From the IMG/VR virus record IMGVR_UViG_3300042868_009434: a DNA stretch of 64,000 bases; one strand, 5' to 3'. Under the pieces are notes generated by a model, which was given only the letters and a program-made list of their open reading frames with translations, was not told the origin of the DNA and did no database searches. This stretch comes from a virus. Its lineage: Duplodnaviria > Heunggongvirae > Uroviricota > Caudoviricetes. The position numbers were made by a program, and so were the translations under genes. Shown piece after piece: positions 18,690 through 28,031 of this stretch (the stretch's first letter is position 1; every line of letters begins with the position of its first letter).

Positions 18690-19542
18690 TTATGTTATTT
18701 AATTTTTCAAAAATTTTATAAAAATATATTTCATTATCAAAGTTATATTGTGCCATATCACTATTTTCATGGTGCCAAGTAGTGAATATTAATTTATTAA
18801 AATTATTTTTATTTCTTTGATAGATTATTGTATATAAAGCCTCTTCCATGTCTAATGCATCATAATCAATCATTTCTTTTAAAACGTCATCATACATTAA
18901 ACAAAACTCATTAACAAGTTCTTTTTTACCACCGAACATACCTCCGACAATATGACAATTTTCAACAACATCTATGTTATGATAAAATTTCCCATTTGCT
19001 CTTCTTTCTAATAAGTGTTTTGATTGGTCTCCATATAATATTGTAACTTTATCTTCAACCTTATTCAAGTTTTCAACCATTGTAGGATTAAATAATGTAC
19101 ATGAGAAAAAGTCGTGGAAATTATCACCATTTCGATATTTTCTCGGAAATAAACCTCCATGTGATAATCCACAATCAATCCAATAATAAAAATCATAATC
19201 TTCCGATATATGATTTTTAATCCATGAGGTTTTACTATGCATTATTTCATGACATCTATCACTTTTATTTCCATTCAACATTTTTTGAAAATATTCATGG
19301 TTTGGATGTGAAAATAAATCATAAACAATAAACCTAACGTTTGATTTATATTCGGTAAAATCAATATGTTTTTCAAGATATTCTTTATCTTCTTGAGATG
19401 TGTAAATCACAAAATCAGATTCTAAATTTAGTAGTGTTCTCAACGAATTCACATAATGATGAATTCTACCAACACGACCACCTAAAATTGTGTTGTCTAA
19501 CCCGTTATAAAAACAAGTTATAAATAATGTTTTGTTTTCCAT
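18679..19542 (-). CDS. WlaTC/HtrL-family glycosyltransferase (paralog)
   Basis: K..W, YWIDCG, GGMFGG and EE motifs. Confidence 0.65.
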   Translation of the reverse strand: MENKTLFITCFYNGLDNTILGGRVGRIHHYVNSLRTLLNLESDFVIYTSQEDKEYLEKHIDFTEYKSNVRFIVYDLFSHPNHEYFQKMLNGNKSDRCHEIMHSKTSWIKNHISEDYDFYYWIDCGLSHGGLFPRKYRNGDNFHDFFSCTLFNPTMVENLNKVEDKVTILYGDQSKHLLERRANGKFYHNIDVVENCHIVGGMFGGKKELVNEFCLMYDDVLKEMIDYDALDMEEALYTIIYQRNKNNFNKLIFTTWHHENSDMAQYNFDNEIYFYKIFEKLNNIIDE

Positions 19543-19551
19543 TTTAATGTT

Positions 19552-20190
19552 TTAAAAAAATATATAATTTTGAGGTTTTCCGAAATTATTTTCGTCCCAC
19601 CATCCACCAACAAAATATTCATTGGTTTTTTCAATTGGAAAGGTTTTCAAATATGTTGAACAGTGAATCAAATATCTGTCATTAAATAAAGGTACTAATT
19701 TTTCTCTTAAAAATTTTTGGTCCGAATCATAGTAATGACCTTTCCAATCTTTACTTAATTCATTCATTTTAACTCTATTATTTTTTTTAATTCCCCACAT
19801 TCCACCCATAATATTATTATGACTAGGATTATCCCTAATTGAATGTAATAAGAATTCAGATTCCATAAAAATGTCAACACAATGTTTTTCCCTATATGAT
19901 AATCTGGCATCTGCATCTCTTGATATCATTACTTCAACATCCTCATCGTCAATTGCCAAAAATCTCCACATCATCGGGAAGATATGTTCTTCACCTTCAT
20001 CCATTAAGTATAATTCAACATTACTATAAGTTCTTAATTGTTCAACAACCTCCGATGGAACTGATTTACCATAATAAATTCTACATATCCAATCCGGAAA
20101 AATAACTTGAGCAATCTCAACATTACTTATCATTCCATAAGAATATTTTTGTTGCCCACCATATAAAGAAAATGATATTATTTTTTTCAT
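19552..20190 (-). CDS. Putative GT-A glycosyltransferase-like protein
   Basis: IISFSLYG, WRF, SRDAD (DxD), IRD.P.H, GGMWG and DQ.FL; paralog of 38268..38930. Confidence 0.5.
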   Translation of the reverse strand: MKKIISFSLYGGQQKYSYGMISNVEIAQVIFPDWICRIYYGKSVPSEVVEQLRTYSNVELYLMDEGEEHIFPMMWRFLAIDDEDVEVMISRDADARLSYREKHCVDIFMESEFLLHSIRDNPSHNNIMGGMWGIKKNNRVKMNELSKDWKGHYYDSDQKFLREKLVPLFNDRYLIHCSTYLKTFPIEKTNEYFVGGWWDENNFGKPQNYIFF

Positions 20191-21128
20191 TATTCTAAAT
20201 CCATAAAAGACCCGTAATTTTGTACAAACGAATTGTTTTTATACGGGTTTACAACCCCAAATTTATTGTTTAGTGCGCCATAAACAATAAAATTACTAAT
20301 CCAATTATAATTTGTAAATATGTTAATTTTTTCTGACATTGAAATTAAACAAAATTCAATTAAACAAAAGTTCCAATATTCTTCATCACTATAATCTCTT
20401 CTTGTTGTCTTTAAAATATCATCATCATATAAAAAAATATTATTAAAATGTTCTTTTATATATTGTTTAACTCTCATACTATTTGAACAAACAAAAACCA
20501 TTTCATTATTATCACAAATATCTTTTATTTTGTTCATTGTATTTTCATTTATAGAAAATGCTGATTTTAATTTTTTGTGTCTTACTTGAAACTCTTCATC
20601 TTGTATTTCAGGATGTAATATTCTTACATTATAGGCATCTCCAATGTCATCCCACTCTCTAAAATGAATAATACTAAAATTATTTAAACCATTATCTATT
20701 TTAAATTTTTCTGTGTTTTTAATAATCTTTTCAGATAATTTTGGGAAATCATTTAAGTCTTCATAATTTAATAACCCAGGATGAGATAAATTAACAAAAT
20801 ATTGTTTATGTTCATCATTGAATTCTTCAGGAACAAACATTTCCCAACAATGTACCCCCGCAGGCCATTTCTCATGTGGGTATTTTATTTTATAATTTTC
20901 AAAATCATTTAAAGTTTTCCCATTTTCAATTAAAAATATTTGGTCAAAATATTCATAATATTTAGGTTCAAATAAATTTAAAAAATCTATTTTCCTTTTG
21001 GAATTAAAGTACAAATGAACATCATGACCTAATTCTTTAAGTTGTTTAGATGAAAAATATATTTCACAAAAATAAGTGTAAAAATCTCCAATACCTGAAG
21101 TAAAATTTATTTGTATGTTAATAACCAT
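20190..21128 (-). CDS. O-fucosyltransferase-like (GT-B, GDP-sugar) protein
   Basis: SGIGD near the N-terminus, IHFR motif and FVCSNS, the layout of fucosyltransferase-type GT-B enzymes. Confidence 0.5.
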   Translation of the reverse strand: MVINIQINFTSGIGDFYTYFCEIYFSSKQLKELGHDVHLYFNSKRKIDFLNLFEPKYYEYFDQIFLIENGKTLNDFENYKIKYPHEKWPAGVHCWEMFVPEEFNDEHKQYFVNLSHPGLLNYEDLNDFPKLSEKIIKNTEKFKIDNGLNNFSIIHFREWDDIGDAYNVRILHPEIQDEEFQVRHKKLKSAFSINENTMNKIKDICDNNEMVFVCSNSMRVKQYIKEHFNNIFLYDDDILKTTRRDYSDEEYWNFCLIEFCLISMSEKINIFTNYNWISNFIVYGALNNKFGVVNPYKNNSFVQNYGSFMDLE

Positions 21129-21129
21129 T

Positions 21130-22080
21130 TTATAATTCTAATAAGTTCAGTGTGTATTCTATACTACTTTCCGGAGACAAATATTTTTCATAATACTTTC
21201 TAGCATTTTCTGAAATAAAATTTAAAAATTCTTTATCGTCTTTTACTTCTAAAAATCTTTTTGTTATCATATCCGCATGATGTTGTAATCCATTTCTATC
21301 TAAGTTCATCCAATCTTTTAAGTCATCCGGCCTTTCAACTGATATATAATGATAATTTGGAATCAATGGTTCGTGAAATTCACTTGTAAACTCAAATCTA
21401 ATGAATGGAATACCCATCGCCATACATTCTATATCTCTATAACAAATTTCACCTCTACCTGCAACAGAAAACGCAATCTCAAAATTCAACATTTCGTTAG
21501 CATAATTATCAAACCCACCAATTGGACCTCCACCATAAAAAACATCAGGACTAAAATAATTAAGAATAGGTCTTGTTGACGTATCACCTCTAAAATAAAA
21601 TTTGTCATTAGATATAACCATATTTTTTCTTAGATTGTAATAGTAATCTAAATCATATTCATTTGACGGAAAATATATCCATGGGAAGTATTTGTATTGA
21701 TTTTGGGGTGAAACATGATGATACACTTTTTCTCTAATAAATTGAGAGATAAAAACTTTTTTTACATTATCATACGATTGTAAGTTTAAAGTTGCCGAGG
21801 TTAAATCATCAGCAACTCCAAACACATATGTTTCACCTGTGTCATAATCTTCAATAATCATTTCACATTCGTAGGTCAATACATCAACATCATTTTCATT
21901 ATGTTGCCACCCCAATCTAACTAATTTTTGTCCGAGATGAGCATCTCTATAATATCTATCAGTCACGACATCGTGTTTTTCCGACAATTTTTTAATAAAA
22001 TTATCAAAGAATATATTGTAATACCTATATTTTTTACTTTGATGGTTTGTTGGTTGATGAACTATTAATTTTCTACTCAT
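21130..22080 (-). CDS. Glycosyltransferase, GT90/GT47-like
   Basis: FYFRG, SVAGRG..CYRDIE.MAMG and PNYHYISV...A..ITKR.....I.ENAR..YE.YLS. Confidence 0.55.
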   Translation of the reverse strand: MSRKLIVHQPTNHQSKKYRYYNIFFDNFIKKLSEKHDVVTDRYYRDAHLGQKLVRLGWQHNENDVDVLTYECEMIIEDYDTGETYVFGVADDLTSATLNLQSYDNVKKVFISQFIREKVYHHVSPQNQYKYFPWIYFPSNEYDLDYYYNLRKNMVISNDKFYFRGDTSTRPILNYFSPDVFYGGGPIGGFDNYANEMLNFEIAFSVAGRGEICYRDIECMAMGIPFIRFEFTSEFHEPLIPNYHYISVERPDDLKDWMNLDRNGLQHHADMITKRFLEVKDDKEFLNFISENARKYYEKYLSPESSIEYTLNLLEL

Positions 22081-22088
22081 TGATTTTA

Positions 22089-23354
22089 TTAACTAACTAT
22101 ATTATGGTGTAATCTACCTGTTATTCTATCACACCATCCTTTAGATGTTGAAAACGGCCATACAACCCAATGTGATGGTAATTCGTCTGTTTGGAATTCT
22201 CTCCACACTTTACAATATTTGTCAGGGTCTCTCATAAAACCAGCAATTTCGTTTTTATCTGCATCTTTTCTAAATAAAGTCTCATCTTTATCATTATGGA
22301 ATGCAACAACCCAAAACTCATAATCTTTTTCAGGTACTTGGTCATAACCAATATCAATACAATGTTTGAACATCATACAAAAACTATCTTTCCATTCTTG
22401 TTCTGTTTCAAAATTATATGGATTTGGTGGGTAATTTTTATCCAAAGTATATTTATCAATCGCTCTCTTTTCAAACAACAACCCTGAATACTTTTCATAG
22501 TCTGTTAAAGTTCTAATTGGACCAAATCCAAACGGACCATCATGTCCTTCTTGTTTCTCACCATCCATACCAAATAGTTTTCTATTTGTAAAATGAGAAT
22601 GTTTGTTTTTCTCTCCCCACGTTTTGTCGTCATCCCATTGTTTGGTTCTACCTTTACGAGTATATTCGTGATATACCACAGGAATTTGTGGATGGAACAA
22701 ATCGTAACCCCAAGTATAAGCTCTTGCAGCAATTGAAATTTCTTCACCATGAAAATAATATTCAGGGTTGTGTTGGACTTCTAACGAGAAGGCGCCCAAT
22801 GTAAAACAAAAGTGTGCTGAATAGAATCTTGCAGTCACAGGTTTTTTCATTTCTCTCCATCCCGGAATTGTTTCAGGTAAAAAGAATACCGCACCTTCAG
22901 GGATGAATCTATCGAATACCATTCTCCATGCTTCATTCACTCTACCTGCTGGGTCATTTTCAGGGTCAAAAGATGGTACGTAACCTGTTAATAAAGGTTT
23001 TTCATATCCGTCTTTTTGAAGACCTTTAATCATCTTGATTAAAATATCGTCCCAATCTTTAACAAATCTCATATGTGAATCTATTTGAAGGGTATATGTC
23101 TCACCACCATAAAGTTGTTGAGTTAGATTTCTCGCCCAACAAACACCTTTAGATTCTTCGTATGGAATATCCAAGATTTTAAATCTTTTATCTTTTCTAT
23201 AGTCTTCTAATTTATCGAATCCATCGTCTTCACTAAATTGTCTTGCAATTCCAAAATGAATATTTTTAGGTTTCTTGGCGTTCTCCAACATATTTTTAAT
23301 TGTTGGTTCTAATTGTGGGTCTCTGTAAGAGGCGATTTGAACAAATATTTTCAT
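22089..23354 (-). CDS. GT60-family polypeptide (Thr/Hyp) alpha-GlcNAc-transferase
   Basis: IFVQIASYRD, S.GVCWAR, LQIDSHMRF (DxH), SAHF.F, F.GEE..IAAR.YT.GYDLFHP and YH.Y.R, the motif order of PF11397 / Dictyostelium Gnt1-like enzymes. Confidence 0.85.
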   Translation of the reverse strand: MKIFVQIASYRDPQLEPTIKNMLENAKKPKNIHFGIARQFSEDDGFDKLEDYRKDKRFKILDIPYEESKGVCWARNLTQQLYGGETYTLQIDSHMRFVKDWDDILIKMIKGLQKDGYEKPLLTGYVPSFDPENDPAGRVNEAWRMVFDRFIPEGAVFFLPETIPGWREMKKPVTARFYSAHFCFTLGAFSLEVQHNPEYYFHGEEISIAARAYTWGYDLFHPQIPVVYHEYTRKGRTKQWDDDKTWGEKNKHSHFTNRKLFGMDGEKQEGHDGPFGFGPIRTLTDYEKYSGLLFEKRAIDKYTLDKNYPPNPYNFETEQEWKDSFCMMFKHCIDIGYDQVPEKDYEFWVVAFHNDKDETLFRKDADKNEIAGFMRDPDKYCKVWREFQTDELPSHWVVWPFSTSKGWCDRITGRLHHNIVS

Positions 23355-23378
23355 AGTATTACTTTTTGTTTTAAAAAT

Positions 23379-23407
23379 AAAAAACCCTCGAGATAAGTCG
23401 AGGGTTT
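23379..23407 (-). terminator. Terminator between the Thr/Pro-rich genes and the GT60 gene
   Basis: AAACCCTCGA-N6-TCGAGGGTTT with a T-tract on the minus strand. Confidence 0.75.
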
Positions 23408-23430
23408 AATGAAATATATTTTATTTTTTT

Positions 23431-25371
23431 TTATGAACATCCCGTTGGGTTTACAGTTGTAATTACACCTGGACCATTTGTACCAGACACTTCAATAGTT
23501 TTAGTTCCATCAGAATACCATCCATTAGGGGCTTCGTTAGTTGGAGGTATACCTGCGGTTAAGTATAATGTCTCTCCCACGTTAGGACCAGTTCCACCCG
23601 ATACCGAACCATAAATTGTTTGTGGTGTTGCAATACATGCAGCATTTTCCGTCAATCCTGTTCCTAAACTATATGTATAATAAGCGAAGGTTGATGTAGG
23701 TGTTGGTGTTTGAGTAGATGTTTGTGTAGGAGTTTGTGTATTTGTTGGTGTAGGAGTTTGCGTAGATGTTTGTGTCGGTGTTGGAGTTAATGTTTGACAT
23801 AAAGTAAAACCTCCTGTTTGTGTACCATTATTTAATTGAACAACAATTTGAGAATTATTAAAGTATCCGGTCAAGTTTATTGTACTTGGACCAATAATTG
23901 TATTGTAGAATATAGTATTATAATCAAATAAAGAATCTTCACCATATATTGTTATTGATGGGAAATATAATCCACATGCCTCGTCAGATGTTGTCCCTGA
24001 ATAAACATTAAATGCAAATCTATTACCTGTTGGTGTTGGAGTTTGTGTTGGTGTTCCTGTTGGTGTTGGTGTTTCACTAGATGTTTGAGTTGGTGTTTGT
24101 GTTTGAGTTTGTGTTTGAGTTTGTGTAGGAGTTTGTGTAGGAGTTGCCGTTAATGTGGTTGTTGTAGTAGGTGTTTGAGTAGATGTTTGTGTAGGAGTTT
24201 GAGTCTGAGTTTGAGTCGGAGTTGGTGTTAATGTTTGACAAGCAATAAAACTACCTGTTTCTGACCCATTATTTAATTGAACAACAATTTGAGAATTATT
24301 AAAGTATCCTGTTAAATTCCCAACACTTGGTCCAACAATTGTATTATAAAATATTGTATTATCATCAAAAGTTTGTTCTTCACCATAAATTGTTATTGAT
24401 GGGAAATATAATCCACACGCCTCATCAGATGTTGTTCCTGAATAAACTGTGAATGCAAATCGATTAGCTGTTGGAGTTGGAGTTTGAGTTGGTGTTCCTG
24501 TTGGAGTGTTAGTTGGAGTACCAGTTGGTGTTCCCGTATTTGTTGGTGTATTTGTAGGAGTTTGTGCTGGTGTTCCTGTATTTGTTGGTGTATTAGTTGG
24601 TGTATTAGTTGGTGTTGCCGTTGGTAATCCAATACAACCATTAGGGTCTGATGATGTAATTTCACCTAAACCTCCTGATACAATAAACCAAGCAGTTCCA
24701 TTAGAATAATATCCGTCAGAAACAGGGTTAGTTAATGGGTTACCAGGTGTTTGATATAAGAATTCACCAACATTAGGACCCGGTCCATCAACTACTTGAC
24801 CATAAACCGTTTGAGGTGATGCTGCAAAATCATTACAAGCATCACTTGCATTATTTCCAAAACCTAAACTATAAATGAAATATAAAAAAGTTGTGGTTGG
24901 AGTTTGAGTCTGAGTTTGTGTTGGGGTTTGAGTTGGAGTTCCCGTATTTGTTGGAGTCTGAGTTTGAGTTTGAGTTTGAGTTTGTGTCTGAGTTTGTGTT
25001 TGTGTAGGTGTTTGTGTTTGTGTAGGCGTAGGTGTATTAGTTGGTGTTTGAGTTTGAGTTTGAGTTTGAGTTGGTGTAGGCGTATTTGTTGCAGTATTAC
25101 TTGGTGTTGGAGTATTTGTAGAAGTTGGTGTATTAGTTGGAGTTGGGGTATTACTAGCCGTAACCGGAGGAAATGCTCCTTGGTTTACCAATACAACACT
25201 ATTTCTAAATGAAGGTGCAATTGAATAAGTATTATTAAGTAACCAAATATTCTTAGTTTGATTTGGTATTAATTCAACCTGATATTGCCATAGAGAATCA
25301 TCACATCTTCTATAGTTAAAGTTCACTATTGTGGAACCGGTATTTGTTAAAGTATATTTACTACAAGCCAT
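23431..25371 (-). CDS. Thr/Pro-rich mucin-like repeat protein with Cys-containing globular modules (probable virion surface fibre)
   Basis: Long TPT/TQT/TNT tracts separating about 80-aa modules; no signal peptide; TATTTAT motif at 25390-25396. Confidence 0.7.
   Translation of the reverse strand: MACSKYTLTNTGSTIVNFNYRRCDDSLWQYQVELIPNQTKNIWLLNNTYSIAPSFRNSVVLVNQGAFPPVTASNTPTPTNTPTSTNTPTPSNTATNTPTPTQTQTQTQTPTNTPTPTQTQTPTQTQTQTQTQTQTQTQTPTNTGTPTQTPTQTQTQTPTTTFLYFIYSLGFGNNASDACNDFAASPQTVYGQVVDGPGPNVGEFLYQTPGNPLTNPVSDGYYSNGTAWFIVSGGLGEITSSDPNGCIGLPTATPTNTPTNTPTNTGTPAQTPTNTPTNTGTPTGTPTNTPTGTPTQTPTPTANRFAFTVYSGTTSDEACGLYFPSITIYGEEQTFDDNTIFYNTIVGPSVGNLTGYFNNSQIVVQLNNGSETGSFIACQTLTPTPTQTQTQTPTQTSTQTPTTTTTLTATPTQTPTQTQTQTQTQTPTQTSSETPTPTGTPTQTPTPTGNRFAFNVYSGTTSDEACGLYFPSITIYGEDSLFDYNTIFYNTIIGPSTINLTGYFNNSQIVVQLNNGTQTGGFTLCQTLTPTPTQTSTQTPTPTNTQTPTQTSTQTPTPTSTFAYYTYSLGTGLTENAACIATPQTIYGSVSGGTGPNVGETLYLTAGIPPTNEAPNGWYSDGTKTIEVSGTNGPGVITTVNPTGCS
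23780..24465. repeat. Internal duplication of a 245-nt module (23780-24024 and 24221-24465)
   Basis: Both copies encode NRFAFxVYSGTTSDEACGLYFPSITIYGE...TGYFNNSQIVVQLNNG...CQTLTPT. Confidence 0.85.
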
Positions 25372-25438
25372 GTTATTTCTGTTTAATATATAAATACTAC
25401 AATAGTATTGATTTTATGTTTTTATCTTAAAATTATTT

Positions 25439-27427
25439 TTATGCACAAGCAACACAACCACCATTAAAAGTATATGAACCTCCCGACGCAGTAATATCTC
25501 TTCTAACAGAACCATCAGTAATCCAATAAGTACCATCGGATAATACTGTTGATGATGTTATTGTTGTTGCAGTACAAAAATCATTATCTAATACAACATT
25601 TTGAAAAGGGTTAATTGTATCACAAACCGGAGTACTATCGTAATAATAGTTTATAATCGTTGTTGGTGTTTGAGTTGGTGTTGGACTTGACGTTGGAGTT
25701 TGGGTAATTAAATCAGCACAACCTAATGGGTCTGATGAAGTAATTTGTCCAAAACCACCTGTAACTCGATACGATGAGGTTCCGTTAGAATAATATCCAT
25801 CAGGCACTGCATCTGTAAGAGGTCTTCCTTCGGTTTCGTATAAATATTCACCCACGTTTGGACCTACACCACCTTCAATTGTTCCGTAGATTGTTTGTGG
25901 TATTGCAATACACGCATCATTAGAAGTTACCCCTGTCCCTAAACTATACGTATACCATGCAAATGTTGATGTAGGTGTAGAAGTTTGAGTAGGGGTTTGT
26001 GTATTTGTTGGTGTATTAGTTGAAGTATTTGTTGGAGTATTTGTTGGTGTACCTGTTTGAGTTTGAGTTGGTGTATTTGTTGGTGTATTAGTTGGAGTTT
26101 CGGTATTAGTTGGTGTGTTTGTTGGTGTTTCCGCAGGTGTTCCTGTATTAGTTGGTGTATTAGTTGGAGTTTCCGTATTTGTCGGTGTGTTAGTAGGAGT
26201 TTCCGTATTTGTCGGTGTGTTAGTAGGAGTTTCCGTATTTGTCGGTGTGTTAGTTGGAGTTTCTGTGTTAGTTGGTGTGTTAGTTGGAGTTTCCGTATTT
26301 GTCGGAGTATTAGTTGGCGTATTAGTTGGAGTTTGTGTTGGAGTTGATGTATTAGTCGGTGTTGGTGTTGGAGTCACAGGACAAGCAGATGTCGAAACAA
26401 TAGTTGCTCCTGTTGTACAACCAATTCCACAATCAGTACTTAATTGATATTCTATTCCATCAATCGCATACCATCCTTCAGGGTTTCCTGTATTTGGACC
26501 ACTTGGGTCAGAGAAAAACGCAGTACTCGCACTAAACACCGGGTTGTTACCCCATATTGTGGCTACTTGTATACAGTTACACGAAGCACCACCATTAGTC
26601 TCACTATGACAAATATTGTCAAATTCATATCTAATAGGTTCTGTCGGGGATGGTGTTATTGTTGGTGTATTAGTTGGTGTTGTTGTTGGCGTTGAACTTA
26701 CAATAGGTGTTGATGTATTAGTAGGTGTATTAGTTGGCGTCTGTGTATTAGTTGATGTATTAGTTGGTGTTGGAGTAGGTGTTGTCACAACACTTAAACA
26801 AGTCGAACAATTATCATAATCTATTGATAATGATGATACATAATCAGAACCAGTTCCCGGGGCCTCAGTATTAACAATTTCATAACATCCATCTGATGTT
26901 TCTCCTGAGAATGTTAAATAATAATTTCCTCCAATCACAGGAAGAGATACACTATTAAAATCAACATTTAAAGCAGTACCACCCAAACAAGGTGCAATAA
27001 GGTATGTTACCAAAATTTGAATTTGAGTTTGTGTTGGAGTTTGTGTTGGAGTACCAGTTTGAGTATTAGTCGGAGTTTGAGTTGAAGTATTAGTTGGAGT
27101 ATTAGTTGGTGTTTGAGTTGAAGTGGTAGTATTAGTTGGCGTATTAGTTGGAGTTGATGTATTAGTAGGGGTATTAGTTGGAGTATTAGTTGGTGTTGAA
27201 GTACTAGTCATTGTTGGCGTAGGTGTCGGAGCTAAAACATCTAAACTATAAGTGTATCCGTATGTTGGCACATAACAATTATATGTTCCATACACATAGT
27301 CTGAAATATAATTAAATGGGAACACCTGAGTCCCAAGACTAATTGTTCCACCTGATTGAGGTAGAAACGTCACATTTGTAGTTAAACCACTTAAATTATT
27401 ACTTAAAATTCTTATTCCAATTGCCAT
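25439..27427 (-). CDS. Thr/Pro-rich mucin-like repeat protein 2 (probable virion surface fibre)
   Basis: Extensive [15 protein letters not shown] tracts; shares the YSLG.G...AC..PQT.YG...G.GPNVGE.LY module with 23431..25371; TATTTAT motif at 27432-27438. Confidence 0.7.
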   Translation of the reverse strand: MAIGIRILSNNLSGLTTNVTFLPQSGGTISLGTQVFPFNYISDYVYGTYNCYVPTYGYTYSLDVLAPTPTPTMTSTSTPTNTPTNTPTNTSTPTNTPTNTTTSTQTPTNTPTNTSTQTPTNTQTGTPTQTPTQTQIQILVTYLIAPCLGGTALNVDFNSVSLPVIGGNYYLTFSGETSDGCYEIVNTEAPGTGSDYVSSLSIDYDNCSTCLSVVTTPTPTPTNTSTNTQTPTNTPTNTSTPIVSSTPTTTPTNTPTITPSPTEPIRYEFDNICHSETNGGASCNCIQVATIWGNNPVFSASTAFFSDPSGPNTGNPEGWYAIDGIEYQLSTDCGIGCTTGATIVSTSACPVTPTPTPTNTSTPTQTPTNTPTNTPTNTETPTNTPTNTETPTNTPTNTETPTNTPTNTETPTNTPTNTETPTNTPTNTGTPAETPTNTPTNTETPTNTPTNTPTQTQTGTPTNTPTNTSTNTPTNTQTPTQTSTPTSTFAWYTYSLGTGVTSNDACIAIPQTIYGTIEGGVGPNVGEYLYETEGRPLTDAVPDGYYSNGTSSYRVTGGFGQITSSDPLGCADLITQTPTSSPTPTQTPTTIINYYYDSTPVCDTINPFQNVVLDNDFCTATTITSSTVLSDGTYWITDGSVRRDITASGGSYTFNGGCVACA
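26161..26310. repeat. 30-bp tandem repeat, about 5 copies (encodes [10 protein letters not shown])
   Basis: TAGT(T/A)GGAGTTTCCGTATTTGTCGGTGTGT units start at 26161, 26191 and 26221, with variants at 26251 and 26281. Confidence 0.9.
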
Positions 27428-27465
27428 ATCAATAAATACTCAATTTTTCTTATTTTATTTTTTTT

Positions 27466-28029
27466 TTAACAAACACCCTGATTTATAATCAATGTTCCGG
27501 ATATTTGTACAAATCTTGCTCCGTCAGATATTGTGAAATCCGCATTTATCGGTGGGATAGTCATTAATCTATCACCAAATACATGGTCACCCACATTTAA
27601 TTGAGTAAAAGGTTTTACCGAATATACCGTAACATTGGCGGGGTTTGCAAATGAATTTACTGATTGACAAACATTTTGATACCAACCTCCCGTTCTTAAA
27701 TTTTGAATATACACCGGTTGAGGTGTATTTGATGGTGTTGCAGTATTTGTTGGTGTTGGAGTCTGAGTAACCGGAGTTGGTGTTAAACTAACTGTAGGAG
27801 TTACCGATGGTGTGATTGAAGGTGTCGGTGTATTTGACGGACACAATCCAATATTATTTATTGTTAATGGAGCACCATAATCTTCTTGAGTTAAATCATC
27901 AGCACAAACAAAATCAGTTTGTAATGGATTTACTTGTGAAACACTAATAATTCCTGTACAACCTGTCCATTTATAATATCCTTCTTGAATATTATTATAA
28001 TTGGTTATTTGATATTGATTACAACTCAT
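27466..28029 (-). CDS. Small Thr/Pro-linker protein with two Cys modules
   Basis: N-terminal MSCNQYQITN...Y.W..C resembles MACSKYTLTN...Y..C of 23431..25371; central PT tract. Confidence 0.6.
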   Translation of the reverse strand: MSCNQYQITNYNNIQEGYYKWTGCTGIISVSQVNPLQTDFVCADDLTQEDYGAPLTINNIGLCPSNTPTPSITPSVTPTVSLTPTPVTQTPTPTNTATPSNTPQPVYIQNLRTGGWYQNVCQSVNSFANPANVTVYSVKPFTQLNVGDHVFGDRLMTIPPINADFTISDGARFVQISGTLIINQGVC

Positions 28030-28031
28030 TA

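Noticed and set aside
23780-24465. 245-nt duplication as a DGR template/variable repeat pair
   Set aside because: Differences include many C/T and other non-adenine changes, both copies are in one ORF, and no reverse transcriptase is in the window.
26161-26310. 30-bp repeats as a CRISPR array
   Set aside because: The units are contiguous with no spacers and are in frame within a CDS; no cas genes are present.
24393-26819. Short ORFs with VGV, LSLS or HQL repeats (e.g. 24506..24709, 24904..25212, 26057..26347, 26115..26447, 26616..26819)
   Set aside because: They are antisense or alternate-frame shadows of the Thr/Pro repeat codons in the real minus-strand genes.
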